Source: a virus (Duplodnaviria; Caudoviricetes). From it: 64,000 nt of DNA. Below, piece after piece: positions 38,726-49,600 of this stretch (its first letter is position 1; each line of letters opens with the position of its first letter). The stretch is taken from IMG/VR virus record IMGVR_UViG_2751185671_000004, positions 1-64,000 of that record. One strand, 5' to 3'. Made by a program: the position numbers and the translations under genes. Below the pieces are notes generated by a model that was not told where the DNA came from, did not search any database, and saw only the letters and a list, made by a program, of their open reading frames with translations.

Positions 38726-39634
38726 ATGATGATTAATAATTTATGGATGTATGCAGCTCTGCCAATGGTGCCGGCCGTATTATGTGTATTTATTTTAATC
38801 AGGCTATACAAAAGAAAAATGGGTAACCATTATATCAAACTGTTTTCAAATTTGGTATTAATGAATTTTTCCCAAGCAATAATGTACGTCTTATTTTCGT
38901 TTTCAGTTAAGGCAGCCGGATATGCAGCTGATGCCTACCTAATTGCTGCGTATTTCTTTTTCACACATTTAATGATGACAAGCATATTTCTTTCAGATCG
39001 AAAAAATATCTTTATAAACATTAGCTCAGATTGGCTTTACGCTTTCCCTTTATTGCTGACTTTTCTACATTTTAATGGTTTGATGGTAGAAAGCTATCGA
39101 GTAGAACAAAACTCTTTAATGCATAATGATGGATCTTTTGCATGGTGTTTTGACTTATACATAATGATATCTAACATACTTACGATATACTTTTTGCTGA
39201 GGAATGTTAAACATTGCAAAAAACAGCGAATGACTGTTTCAAAGAACTTAATCGCGATTATTTCATTTATACCTTTGATTATAGTATTTTTTATAGTTGT
39301 CGCCCTTTCTTCCACTAAATATGCTATTCCTGTCGCAGTTATTGGCCCTACTATTACATTTTATACGGCATTATCATTTTATTATATATCTCAAGAGAGA
39401 GTTATTGACCTTTCTATTGGAGGTAGATTTTTTTGGGATAGATTAAAATTAGCCTACAAATTACTCGAGACCGACAAGACAAAAGCTGATATGAGAACGT
39501 TCCATAAACATATAGATAAGCAGTTTATTAAGGAGGCCCTATATGAAAATGATCGACAAATACAAGCCACAGCTGATTATCTTCGGATAAATCACACGAC
39601 ATTGAGAAACAAAATAAAAGAATATAGTCTCTGA
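38726..39634 (+). CDS. Multi-TM (about 7, HisKA_7TM-like) sensor fused to a Fis-type HTH
   Basis: About seven hydrophobic helices; C-terminal FIKEALYEND.QIQATADYLRINHTTLRNKIKEY. Confidence 0.7.
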   Translation: MMINNLWMYAALPMVPAVLCVFILIRLYKRKMGNHYIKLFSNLVLMNFSQAIMYVLFSFSVKAAGYAADAYLIAAYFFFTHLMMTSIFLSDRKNIFINISSDWLYAFPLLLTFLHFNGLMVESYRVEQNSLMHNDGSFAWCFDLYIMISNILTIYFLLRNVKHCKKQRMTVSKNLIAIISFIPLIIVFFIVVALSSTKYAIPVAVIGPTITFYTALSFYYISQERVIDLSIGGRFFWDRLKLAYKLLETDKTKADMRTFHKHIDKQFIKEALYENDRQIQATADYLRINHTTLRNKIKEYSL

Positions 39635-39730
39635 AATACAGGCGGAGAACCATTACCTCAATACCATAAATAGCGGGTAAAACTATTTTATACCAAGATA
39701 ATGGTTTTATATTTTACTATTGTATTTACA

Positions 39731-40426
39731 TTACTTTATACATTCGCTAACGCAAGAGGCGAATTCTGTTGGCTTCTCATACATGGGACTATGGCCACAT
39801 TCATTGATTAAGCTAACAGGTATACCAAAGTTATCAAATGTTGTAATAGCTTGAGAAATAGGTGTTATTACATCATTTTCGCCCCATATTGCATGCACAG
39901 GGCACTTCACTTTAGTTAATAACTCCGTTGCATTTGCGGCATTACTTTCTCTCATCAAGCCTATAATATTGCGAAGGTTCTCTTTGAAGCTCTTAGCAGT
40001 CTTTTCTTTAACTTCTATAGACGCTTTACTTTTATCATAACAAATAAGATCAACAAACCTTTGTGCAATCTCCGAAGAGTTTTTACTATTAATTTTTATA
40101 TCTAATATAACTTCACCAAAGCCTGCTGAACCAGAGATTATTACTTTCTCCACTTTCTCAGGAATAAGTTTTGCTATATTCATACATATAAAACTACCTA
40201 AAGAGTTACCTACTAGAATAACCTTTTCATCTACTTTTTTTAATTCTTTGATGATGTGCTCCGAGATGACGCTTACAGTGCCACCTATCGCACACAATGG
40301 TTCTTCTAATAAGAGATGTTGGGTACCAGCAATAGACTTATGTGAGTCTTTCCACATCCATCCTCCTGCAAACATCCCACTTATGAAAAATAACGTTTTA
40401 GCATTGTTATATTTAATAATCTTCAT
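39731..40426 (-). CDS. Alpha/beta hydrolase
   Basis: GNSLG nucleophile, WGENDVITP (Asp), CGHSPMYEKP (His). Confidence 0.9.
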   Translation of the reverse strand: MKIIKYNNAKTLFFISGMFAGGWMWKDSHKSIAGTQHLLLEEPLCAIGGTVSVISEHIIKELKKVDEKVILVGNSLGSFICMNIAKLIPEKVEKVIISGSAGFGEVILDIKINSKNSSEIAQRFVDLICYDKSKASIEVKEKTAKSFKENLRNIIGLMRESNAANATELLTKVKCPVHAIWGENDVITPISQAITTFDNFGIPVSLINECGHSPMYEKPTEFASCVSECIK

Positions 40427-40739
40427 TTCGATTTCCTATGTAAATTGATTTGGCACATAAAAGTGCTTCGGTATTGTTCTACAAAATCACTTTGATAAAA
40501 ATCGAATGCCGTTAGGATGTATTTCACTGAATATTATGAAGTTCTTTAACCTATTGATTTTTAAAGTCTTATTTTTTCGAACTGTCTAGATTTAATTAGA
40601 AATAATTAGAATTTAATAGATGCTTGAAGTTGTACAAAGAAGTGTTAGTGTCGATTTCTGTTAGAGCAAACAAATCAAATAGATATTGAATCTAAAGAAA
40701 CAAATAAAATTTTTAATGTGGGAGCATGACGTTCTTATT

Positions 40740-40970
40740 ATGGATTTGGAAGTTGACAAGGCCGTTCAAATATTGGGTGGACAACGAGCAGCGGCTGAAA
40801 AACTAGGTGTGACAGACTCAGCAATATCTAGATGGGTTAAAAGTGGATGCATTCCACCTAGCAGAGTGTGGGAAGTTTACCTAGCTGTTGGTGATCAAAA
40901 AGCAAGCAGCGCTTTCTTTTCAATTGAGAATGCACTTAGGCAAGCATATGAAAAATGTAAAAAAACGTGA
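40740..40970 (+). CDS. Cro/YdaS-like HTH protein 1
   Basis: GGQRAAAEKLGVTDSAISRWVKSGCIP. Confidence 0.8.
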   Translation: MDLEVDKAVQILGGQRAAAEKLGVTDSAISRWVKSGCIPPSRVWEVYLAVGDQKASSAFFSIENALRQAYEKCKKT

Positions 40971-41490
40971 TGATAAAAAGATGTCTAAAAGTAAACCAGA
41001 AACAATTCACGGGAGCTTGACCGACCTTTCTCATCATGATGCGGCCATCTGTATGCTGGTGGAGCTAACGAATATAATTATAGATGAATTAAGTGACACA
41101 GATGCAGTTTTCCCTGTAGAACTGCACTTTGTTAAACCCAACAGGCACAAATATATTCTTGAAACGAAAAGTGCGACAAATGAGCCACTAGCATTAGACA
41201 GTCTATTTTACTCGAGTGAGAAGACAGCGTATTTCGATAAACGATTAGATATTTTGCAGGACTGCACTCGAATCAAACCCTTTAATCAAAAGTGGAATAA
41301 AGCACGTCTCATCATCCACGATGACCAACGCTATATCTTTCAATACAAGTTTGATCGCGATATACATGCCGCCTATAGCGTGATGCAAGGTCAGCAAGAA
41401 TTAAAGCACTTAGACGAAGAGACCTTCAAAAAAATACGCACATGGGAAGGTTTATCCAATAATCATCCCCGGCCTTGGTTATCCAGTTAG
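40888..41490 (+). CDS. Immunity-like protein (DUF600/YezG-like); start likely 40948 or 40981
   Basis: KWNKARLIIHDDQRYIFQYKFD pattern. Confidence 0.45.
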   Translation: MVIKKQAALSFQLRMHLGKHMKNVKKRDDKKMSKSKPETIHGSLTDLSHHDAAICMLVELTNIIIDELSDTDAVFPVELHFVKPNRHKYILETKSATNEPLALDSLFYSSEKTAYFDKRLDILQDCTRIKPFNQKWNKARLIIHDDQRYIFQYKFDRDIHAAYSVMQGQQELKHLDEETFKKIRTWEGLSNNHPRPWLSS

Positions 41491-41538
41491 TACGATAATC
41501 ACTGAGTTTTTACAGAGAACTACACACGGAGAATTTAT

Positions 41539-42027
41539 ATGCCAGCCGACTGTACAGAAACCCATTCCTTTACGGATCAACTTTATGAAGGGATGCAACA
41601 TGATTATACCAAAAGACTCGTCAATAAGATAATGACGCAGATCCTTCACGTATATAAAGACGATTTTTTTATGTTACATTTATATGTGCTTAAGACAGGA
41701 AAAAAAACGTTTAGTTGTCAGCTTTCTGTCGAAGCGTATCAAGGAGAGACTTTACTCCCTGTAGAGATAGGTAATGATTCCGCTCAGTATATATCGACGC
41801 TCTGTACTATTTTACACGCCTACAATGGTTACTATGCTGATATCTTTCAATGGAACACAATGACAATCACTCTACACTTTGAAGGTAGATATAAGATTCA
41901 TAGAGCATTTGATACCGCCCTAGAAAAACAACATGGTTGTCGTAATAGCAAGATATTGAGCAACATCGTCCAATTAAAAAATAGTAGAAGTTTGACAGCG
42001 AGTAAAACAAATGGCAGTCCACTATAG
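41539..42027 (+). CDS. Immunity-like protein (DUF600/YezG-like)
   Basis: QWNTMTITLHFEGRYKIHRAFD pattern. Confidence 0.45.
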   Translation: MPADCTETHSFTDQLYEGMQHDYTKRLVNKIMTQILHVYKDDFFMLHLYVLKTGKKTFSCQLSVEAYQGETLLPVEIGNDSAQYISTLCTILHAYNGYYADIFQWNTMTITLHFEGRYKIHRAFDTALEKQHGCRNSKILSNIVQLKNSRSLTASKTNGSPL

Positions 42028-42310
42028 CATTGCACATCACTCTAAAACCCTAACACCTGGAATTAAAAAGGTCTTACGTATTTTTGGTAATCAAGCGGCG
42101 TTAGCAAAAGCGATGAATGTCTCGGTGAGTGCTGTCGCACGATGGGTAAAATCGGGGTATATCCCTTGCGATAAAGTATGGGAAGTGATGCTGCTTGTGG
42201 AAGGCAAAAAAACCTATGCCGGTGAGACAGTGTCTATTAACGAGCTATTGGAAGAAGCTTACAACAAGCACATGGAAAGACGAGGACTACAAGAAAAAAT
42301 GCCAACATAA
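42011..42310 (+). CDS. Cro/YdaS-like HTH protein 2
   Basis: FGNQAALAKAMNVSVSAVARWVKSGYIP..VWEV; paralog of protein 1. Confidence 0.8.
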   Translation: MAVHYSIAHHSKTLTPGIKKVLRIFGNQAALAKAMNVSVSAVARWVKSGYIPCDKVWEVMLLVEGKKTYAGETVSINELLEEAYNKHMERRGLQEKMPT

Positions 42311-42392
42311 CATAAAAAATAGCACACTAGTTTAAAGAATCTAACACTTTTATGCGCTAGCCATAGCGTAGGGTCATGTATTTTTTTTCATT

Positions 42393-42887
42393 ATGTTCTA
42401 TAGCATCCACCAGGATAGGCCAACTCCTATCCAATATTCGCTGCGTAGTGACTGGCTACTCGGCCTTAGTATTATAACATGGGAGAGCGATATGTCACAG
42501 CATGCACATATTACATTTTCATCCGCTAACAAAGGCGTAATCAATGCCCCGTTACCGGATATTATTGTCCACCAGCATTCGATGTATCTCAGTCTTCATG
42601 CCTACCCTTGTATCGCCAGTGCGCTTGAGAAATACGGGACGTTTATTCGTGTCTATGCAGGCGACCATATTGGCTATGTGTTCTGCCCTTCCCTATTTCT
42701 TAAACGGGCCACAAAAAAAACGCTCATTTCTACCACTAAAAATACCTTGATCTTTAAAGATATCCAAGAAAAAACATCCGCGCTTGTCTGTCACCAGCGA
42801 TTTAAAAACATTATTGAAACAATGCCGTTAACCGGGCTGAGATTTTGTCGAGAGCAAACACAGCAATGGTCCAGAGTTGCCAACTGA
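42393..42887 (+). CDS. Imm11-like immunity protein (divergent, shortened)
   Basis: PLPDI..MYLS..LEKYGTFI..IFK..FKNII..LTGLRF, homologous to the next ORF. Confidence 0.45.
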   Translation: MFYSIHQDRPTPIQYSLRSDWLLGLSIITWESDMSQHAHITFSSANKGVINAPLPDIIVHQHSMYLSLHAYPCIASALEKYGTFIRVYAGDHIGYVFCPSLFLKRATKKTLISTTKNTLIFKDIQEKTSALVCHQRFKNIIETMPLTGLRFCREQTQQWSRVAN

Positions 42888-42923
42888 CCGGATTGATATT
42901 ATTTCCATAAGGACATCATTCAC

Positions 42924-43514
42924 ATGATTTACAGAATTCATCCTAACTTTTATCGTTATGCTACCTATCAATTGGATAGCGACGATCTGTTGAAAAAGTT
43001 AGGCCGTTACAGTGTTTTTGGTATCGAGATTAATGCCGTACATTATACCCATCAATGGCAACCCATTAAGTTCCGTTTTCATAATTCTCTTGAGGAAGGG
43101 CCACTGCTGCCCATTCCCGATCTTATCGTCGACTACGGGTGTATGCTGTTGAGTGAAAAGTCTTACCGTATTTTTTACGCAATGCTGGCAGAGCATGGAG
43201 AATTCTTACCCATCTATTCCGGCGATACACGAGCTTATCTTTATAACCCGTTAAAAATTGCTGAACAATTTAATGGGCTAGATACAAAATACTCTACAAA
43301 AAATGAATATGACTACGTTACCACACTGCATTTTATTGAGGAGAAGCTGACACATTTACCCCTGTTTAAATGTGAATACGATAACTATCTCGGGATCTAT
43401 TGCCGACACGATTTTAGAGACACGTTTATGCGTCATAACTTGCGCGGCATTGTTTTTGAAGAAAACATTGCGTTGTCATTTCCAGCAGACCCGGCAGTCC
43501 TGGCCGAAGACTAA
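42924..43514 (+). CDS. Imm11-like immunity protein
   Basis: PIPDL..LLSEK..GEFLP..LFK..IYC..F...NLRGIVF. Confidence 0.55.
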   Translation: MIYRIHPNFYRYATYQLDSDDLLKKLGRYSVFGIEINAVHYTHQWQPIKFRFHNSLEEGPLLPIPDLIVDYGCMLLSEKSYRIFYAMLAEHGEFLPIYSGDTRAYLYNPLKIAEQFNGLDTKYSTKNEYDYVTTLHFIEEKLTHLPLFKCEYDNYLGIYCRHDFRDTFMRHNLRGIVFEENIALSFPADPAVLAED

Positions 43515-43694
43515 TTGACAATAATCAATAATCTATGGGGGAGCAAGACCAAGGAAGACGAACACTCAGCAAGGACGCTTTTTTTATCTGTTACACATTA
43601 CTACTAAAGTCGCATACGCGGCACGAATCATCACAACCTACACTTATAGTTAACATCAACATTATTCACATGTTCATGATGTATTCATGTTCTT

Positions 43695-46600
43695 GTGTGT
43701 AAGGAGCCATGTTGTATGAAAAAAAATCATATAGGCAATATGTCATCTAAAACACTGTGTTTTAATACACCTTATGCTAAGATTTTGGACAGGAATATGC
43801 TCACAAGGCGTTATATTTATTATTTACGGATTCTATTGGAAATGATATTTTCTATGGACTTTTACTCTTCTCGTCTCTCTCAATTATTTAACACACTTTT
43901 TACTAAAACTTCTTCCTCTCACACCTTAACCTATGCACTATGTCTGGGGTGTTTGTGTTTATTTTCGGGGCAAGCATTGGCCACCATTAACGGGCCTACG
44001 TTGCGATCGATTGAAAGCGTGACGTTAACATTTAGTCCCCAAGTGTCGAATCGGGCACCGTTGATAAGACATTATATTCGGGCTTATCACAACGACACTT
44101 ACGTCACGCAATATAATTTAAGACGTGTGCAGCGCTCTATAGATACCGTCTTAACTCGTGATGGGCGTTGGCGGTTTGACTACTACCATATCACTGAATT
44201 TTGCCGTGAATATGACCATGGGCCAGGTACTAATTGTATTGACGCCGATGAAATCACACGTATCGATAAGCATACAGTAACGGTAAATGCTACTCCGACA
44301 ACCCCCATATCCGTGAGCGGGCCTTCTGCACACGGGACCACATTACTACCTATCCAATGGGGGGAGTCAGAACGTATTGTTCATGAGTTTGTGGTGCAAT
44401 ATAAAAAAACCACGGATATAAAATGGCAAAGCCGTCATGTATCGCCTTCTGGTCGCAGTACCAGTCTCCCTGTTAGCGAAGGCATCTATCAAGTGCGCGT
44501 ATCTGCGTGTAATACCTTAAGCACATCACGCCGTTGTTCTGCCCCTCGTTCTTTATCTCCTAATGTGGCGGTAGCGCGGCCAGCAGTACCGAATATTACT
44601 CTACCGTCAACCAGTGGTAATGGTAGCTATACTGTTTCATGGAACACTGTGAACATTTCAACACGTTATACTTTGCAAGAAAGCGTGAACGGTGCGACAT
44701 GGACATCAGTACAAGACAACTCAGCGCGGTCAAAAGCCTATACTAATCAAATTAATGCGTCGATTCGTTATCGCGTTCGAGCATGTAATGCTATTGGCTG
44801 CTCAAATTTTTCTTCTGCAAAAACCATTAATATAGCGCGTAAGCCGGGTGTACCGTCTTCTATTTCCGTGCCTGGTTTATATGGCAGTGGTAGCTACACT
44901 ATTTCTTGGGGAGCAAGCAGTGACGATATTACATATTATGACCTCATACAAACGCCTAATCGCACTCTTTATCAAGGTCTTAATTTACGTTACGACATTA
45001 GTGGCCAAGGTATTGGTGAGCATCGCCATGGTGTTCGAGCATGTAAAACCGTCGGCAGTTTTACCAATTGCTCCGATTGGCGGCTTTCTAGTATTGTGAC
45101 ATTGGCAAAGCCTGCCGCGACACCCACGCTATCCCTCTTAGCGAGCGATAATGATGGTGAATTTGGCCTGCGTTGGACTGCGATAGACAACACCTTGCGC
45201 TATATACTGCAAGAAATTTCTCCCAGCAGCAGTACATGGACAACGGTTGAAAGCCCCTCTGAGGCTCGTATCCAATTATCAGGACGCACCAGCGGCACCT
45301 ACAGCTATCGGGTGCAAGCGTGTAACGATTTGGGCTGTAGTGACTTTTCAACGGCGAAAAGTATTGAGGTCGCGATTAGCCCCGGTATCCCTCCCTCTAT
45401 TTCACCACCAACTAACGCTAACTTTACTATTCAATGGGGCGCTTCAAGCGGGCGTGTATCGTCGTATCAACTGGAACAGCGTATTGGTAGTGGTGCATGG
45501 GAAAATATTTACCGTGGTGATGCCTTAACACGTGAATTAAACCTCACACAAAGTGGTGAGCATGCTTTCCGTGTTCGTGCGTGTAATACACAAAATGCTT
45601 ACACCAGTTGTTCCGCATGGCGCAGTTCGAATGCTGTCACAATAAGCGCTCCAAACGCGCCGAGTGACATCACCGTTCCCAATGAAGCGGGAGATGCCTT
45701 GACCATTACCTGGACAGCAACGACGTCTAATGCCACTTTATTCAGTCACTATGAATTAGAAGAGCAAAAAGATAATGGTGCATGGGCATTAATTGAATCC
45801 ACACAAGAGACCCGTCTTGGACATGTACTATATGAAAAAGGCGATTATCACTACCGCGTGCGTACCTGCCAATTAAGTTTATGTTCACCTTGGGTGGTAT
45901 CTAATACAGTCACCGTTGTGGGAGCACCCGACGCGCCACAAGCGCCAGTACTCGCCACTGTCCCGAACCTCTCTGCGGCTGAAGAAAGTACCGGCAGTAT
46001 TAATAGTAATGTGGATGTGAGTGCGGGCGGTGCGGCCACATGGTCTATAGATTTGGATGTACCGCGTGGTATCGGTGGTTTTACACCAAGTGTGATGCTG
46101 AGCTATTCCAGCCGAGGGGGTAACGGAGTACTGGGTGTGGGTTGGTCGCTTTCTGGAGCTTCTGAAATTCGCCGTTGTCGTCGTTACTATGAAGAAGACG
46201 GCTTTTACAGAGAGGTGTTGTTTACTAATCAGGACGCCGTATGTTTAAACGGACAACGTTTAATTCCTGTCAACAATGCGTATTTTATTGAGGGAACAGA
46301 ATACCGCCTGCAATTTGATCCGAGCACACGTATTGTCTATAGCGGCGGTAATTTTGAAGTGAGCAAGCCTAACGGTGAAACCTGGTGGTTTGGCACCACG
46401 AGTGATAGTCGTATGAAAAAAGGCAATGCCACTTACAGCTGGAAACTTTCTCAAAAAGTCGACCCGTTTAATAACACCATCGATTACAGTTACACCGGTG
46501 ATAACAGCCATACCCGCCGTTTATCAACAATAAGTTATTCCGGAAACACGATTGAATTTATTTACAGTGAACGAGAAGATCAATCCCAGTATTTTTATCA

Positions 46601-49600
46601 TGGCTTGTCCATTGTCGATAATCAATTACTTACGGATATTGTGATTTCCAATCACAATAATATCGCGGTGAATTCTTATCACTTTGATCATCGTTTAAGT
46701 CAGGTATCTAAGCGTTATTTATTGCGAACCATGACCCGCTGCGACGGTGCAGAAACAGGCGCGTGTTTACAACCCACCACTTTTGAATATGAAGATACGA
46801 GCGGCATAGGTTTTGTCTCTCCCTCTGAAGAAATTATCGTGAACTTACGAGATTTTATGACCGTTGATGGGGATGTGGCGTCCGATTATTGTGATCAATC
46901 CTTCCCAATTCCCGATACCCACTGTCAGTCGCAAGATCTTAAATTGATGGATGCCAATGGGGATGGGGTTCGAGAATTACTACTGGTCAGTAATCAAGGT
47001 TCTACATACCGCTATCAAAATATTGTCGTCACTCCTGACAGTTATACATTAGGGAATGTTAGCGGCAGTGGCGAATCTTTTAGAGCAGGTTTTCCAGCGG
47101 GATCGAACGGCACCATTAGTGCGTGGAGCGTGCAAGCGGTGGTGAATGATATGAATGGCGATGGTCATGACACCGTAGAATTTATGGCGAATTTCCCTAG
47201 CATCAATACGGCGCCGTCTTTATATGCTGATTTAGATGGTAATGGCATTGTGGAATTTGCTGGAGGCTTTAACAGTGATGCCGAAAATCACGCAGAAAAC
47301 TACACCAACTTCCCAGGCCGAGCCAAATGCCCTGAAAATGCCACCACGACTTTTGAAGTCGAGAGTCAAGCCGCCGATGTTTTCGATTTTAACGGTGATG
47401 GTTTAGTGGATCGTCTTTATCGTGTGAATGGTATTTGTGAAAATGAATTAGCGCAGCAACGTGGGCAAGTGGGCACACTGTATTATTTGCTAAAAAATAC
47501 CACCCAAGGCGCTGTTCACAGTGAATCCGCTCAACCATTGCTTGCCGCCAATGATGATGACTTTAGATTGCGCGGTGATATTAATGGCGATGGCTATATG
47601 GATTTTAGGGGGGCGGGATGTGCCACCGGGTCTGGCTTTAATGATTGCTTTGGTGACCACTTTGGTACACAGGTGCTGTCATCACTAGGACTTTCCCAGC
47701 TAAGCGATGTCAATCGCGATGGTCGAGACGACTATATTTTCTTAGATGGCAGTACATTAAAAGTCGCACTGTCCTACTATGGGTTCGCTACACATGTTGT
47801 AAACCTTGGCCAAGTGAATTGGACAAATATGTCCAGAACACCACGCGTAATGTTGGTGGATCTCGATGGGGACGGTTTACCTGCCCTTGTTTATTTTGAT
47901 ATTGGCAAACATCGTGTGCATATTCGTCATGATGCCAACACTGAAAATAAGCCCGTCGATGTCTTGCGCTCGGTGAATAATGGCTTAGGCCGTGAGCATA
48001 CATTTAAGTACGGTACGCTGGCCTACAGTGATCATTACACGCCTTTAGATAATGCTCATACCTTAAATTGGGGATCACCCGTCTTTGATGGCAAAGGTAG
48101 CATGGCCATTGTCGAGCAGATGACGATGCGCACCGGGAAATTGCTTAATAACTCAAAACCTTACGACTTTTATTACACAAAATCCTACGATTACCATTAC
48201 GAAGGTCTGCGCTATCAAGCCGGTGGTCGCGGATCGTTAGGCTTTAGCACGTTCATTAAAAAAGATAATGACTTAAAGCAAACGACGACGACCTATTATC
48301 GCCAAGACTATCCTTTTAATGGCCAAGTGAAACGTCAAACGCGTGCGGTTAAAAATCGTGATGGTACGGACGTGATCGTGTATGAGCGTAATGTGAATGT
48401 GTGGGAACACCGCCAGTTTTTAAGTAATAAAGCGCACTTTATTCGGGCTAAAGAGGAAGAAGAAAAGCACTTTAATATAAATAGTGGTAATGGTGAATTA
48501 ATCGCAGGGCAAAAAGACTTAAATACCATCGTGACAGAACGACAATGGTCATCCAGTCCCGAACATTATCCTTTACTCGATGTTGTGACCGTCACGACTT
48601 ACAATCATGTCAGTACGAGTAATGAAAATTTAGTCGTCACCACAACCAATACCTATGGTGATGAAAATCATAATGATTGGTTCATTCAGCGTCCTACGGT
48701 GATCGATACGGTAAGAACGTTAGCACGCAGCCCTAGTGATATCGATAGTGCTACGCAAAAACGTACGCTCGTATATCACAGCTCTGGCCGTGTCAAAAGT
48801 GATGAGCGAGGCGATATCACCAATGTGAGTGAATACAGTAAAACCGCCACCGTTTACGATAGTTACGGCAACCCCACTGACGTGACACAGTGCAGTAGCC
48901 ATTACGCAGACGCCTGTGCAACACGTGCGTTACCCACCGATACAGATACCGATAACATGCGTTTTTTCCGTCGGGTCACCAGCACCTTTGATACGGAAGG
49001 TCGTTATTTAACAGCAACAGGCAATGGGCAATTTACTATCGCTGCGTATAGCGACTTTAATGCCCTAGGCTTACCGCAGACTCATGTTAATGCCACAGGC
49101 TTCACTACCGAAAGTTTTTACGATGCTTTTGGGCGCGTCTATTTTACCCGTGCGGTGGATGGTAGTTCTGCGCAAACAATACGTAGTCGTTGTAGTAATA
49201 ATTGCCCAAGGCACGCAGAATACTTCACACGTGTACTATCACCTTCCACGCCTGATAGTATTCACTATTTTGATCTCACTGGAACCGAAGTCGCCACACG
49301 TACCCAAACCTTAACCGGCGAGTGGTCACAAGTATTACGTGAGTTTGACAAGCATGGCCGTTTAATTCGTCAAAGTCAGCCGTACCTGACAACAGATACA
49401 CCGCATTTTGCGGAGTACAGCTATGATGATTTAGGACGTCGTTGGAAAGATGTTGCAGCAGATGGCACAACAAAGACAATAGGCAGAATTGCTGGCCTAG
49501 TCTCTACTACGGTGTCAACAAGCTATATTAGCAGTTACGAAACGCCCGTATCCAATGCCAATATCTTTCAAAGAACAACTAAGATTGTGAATGGCTTTGG

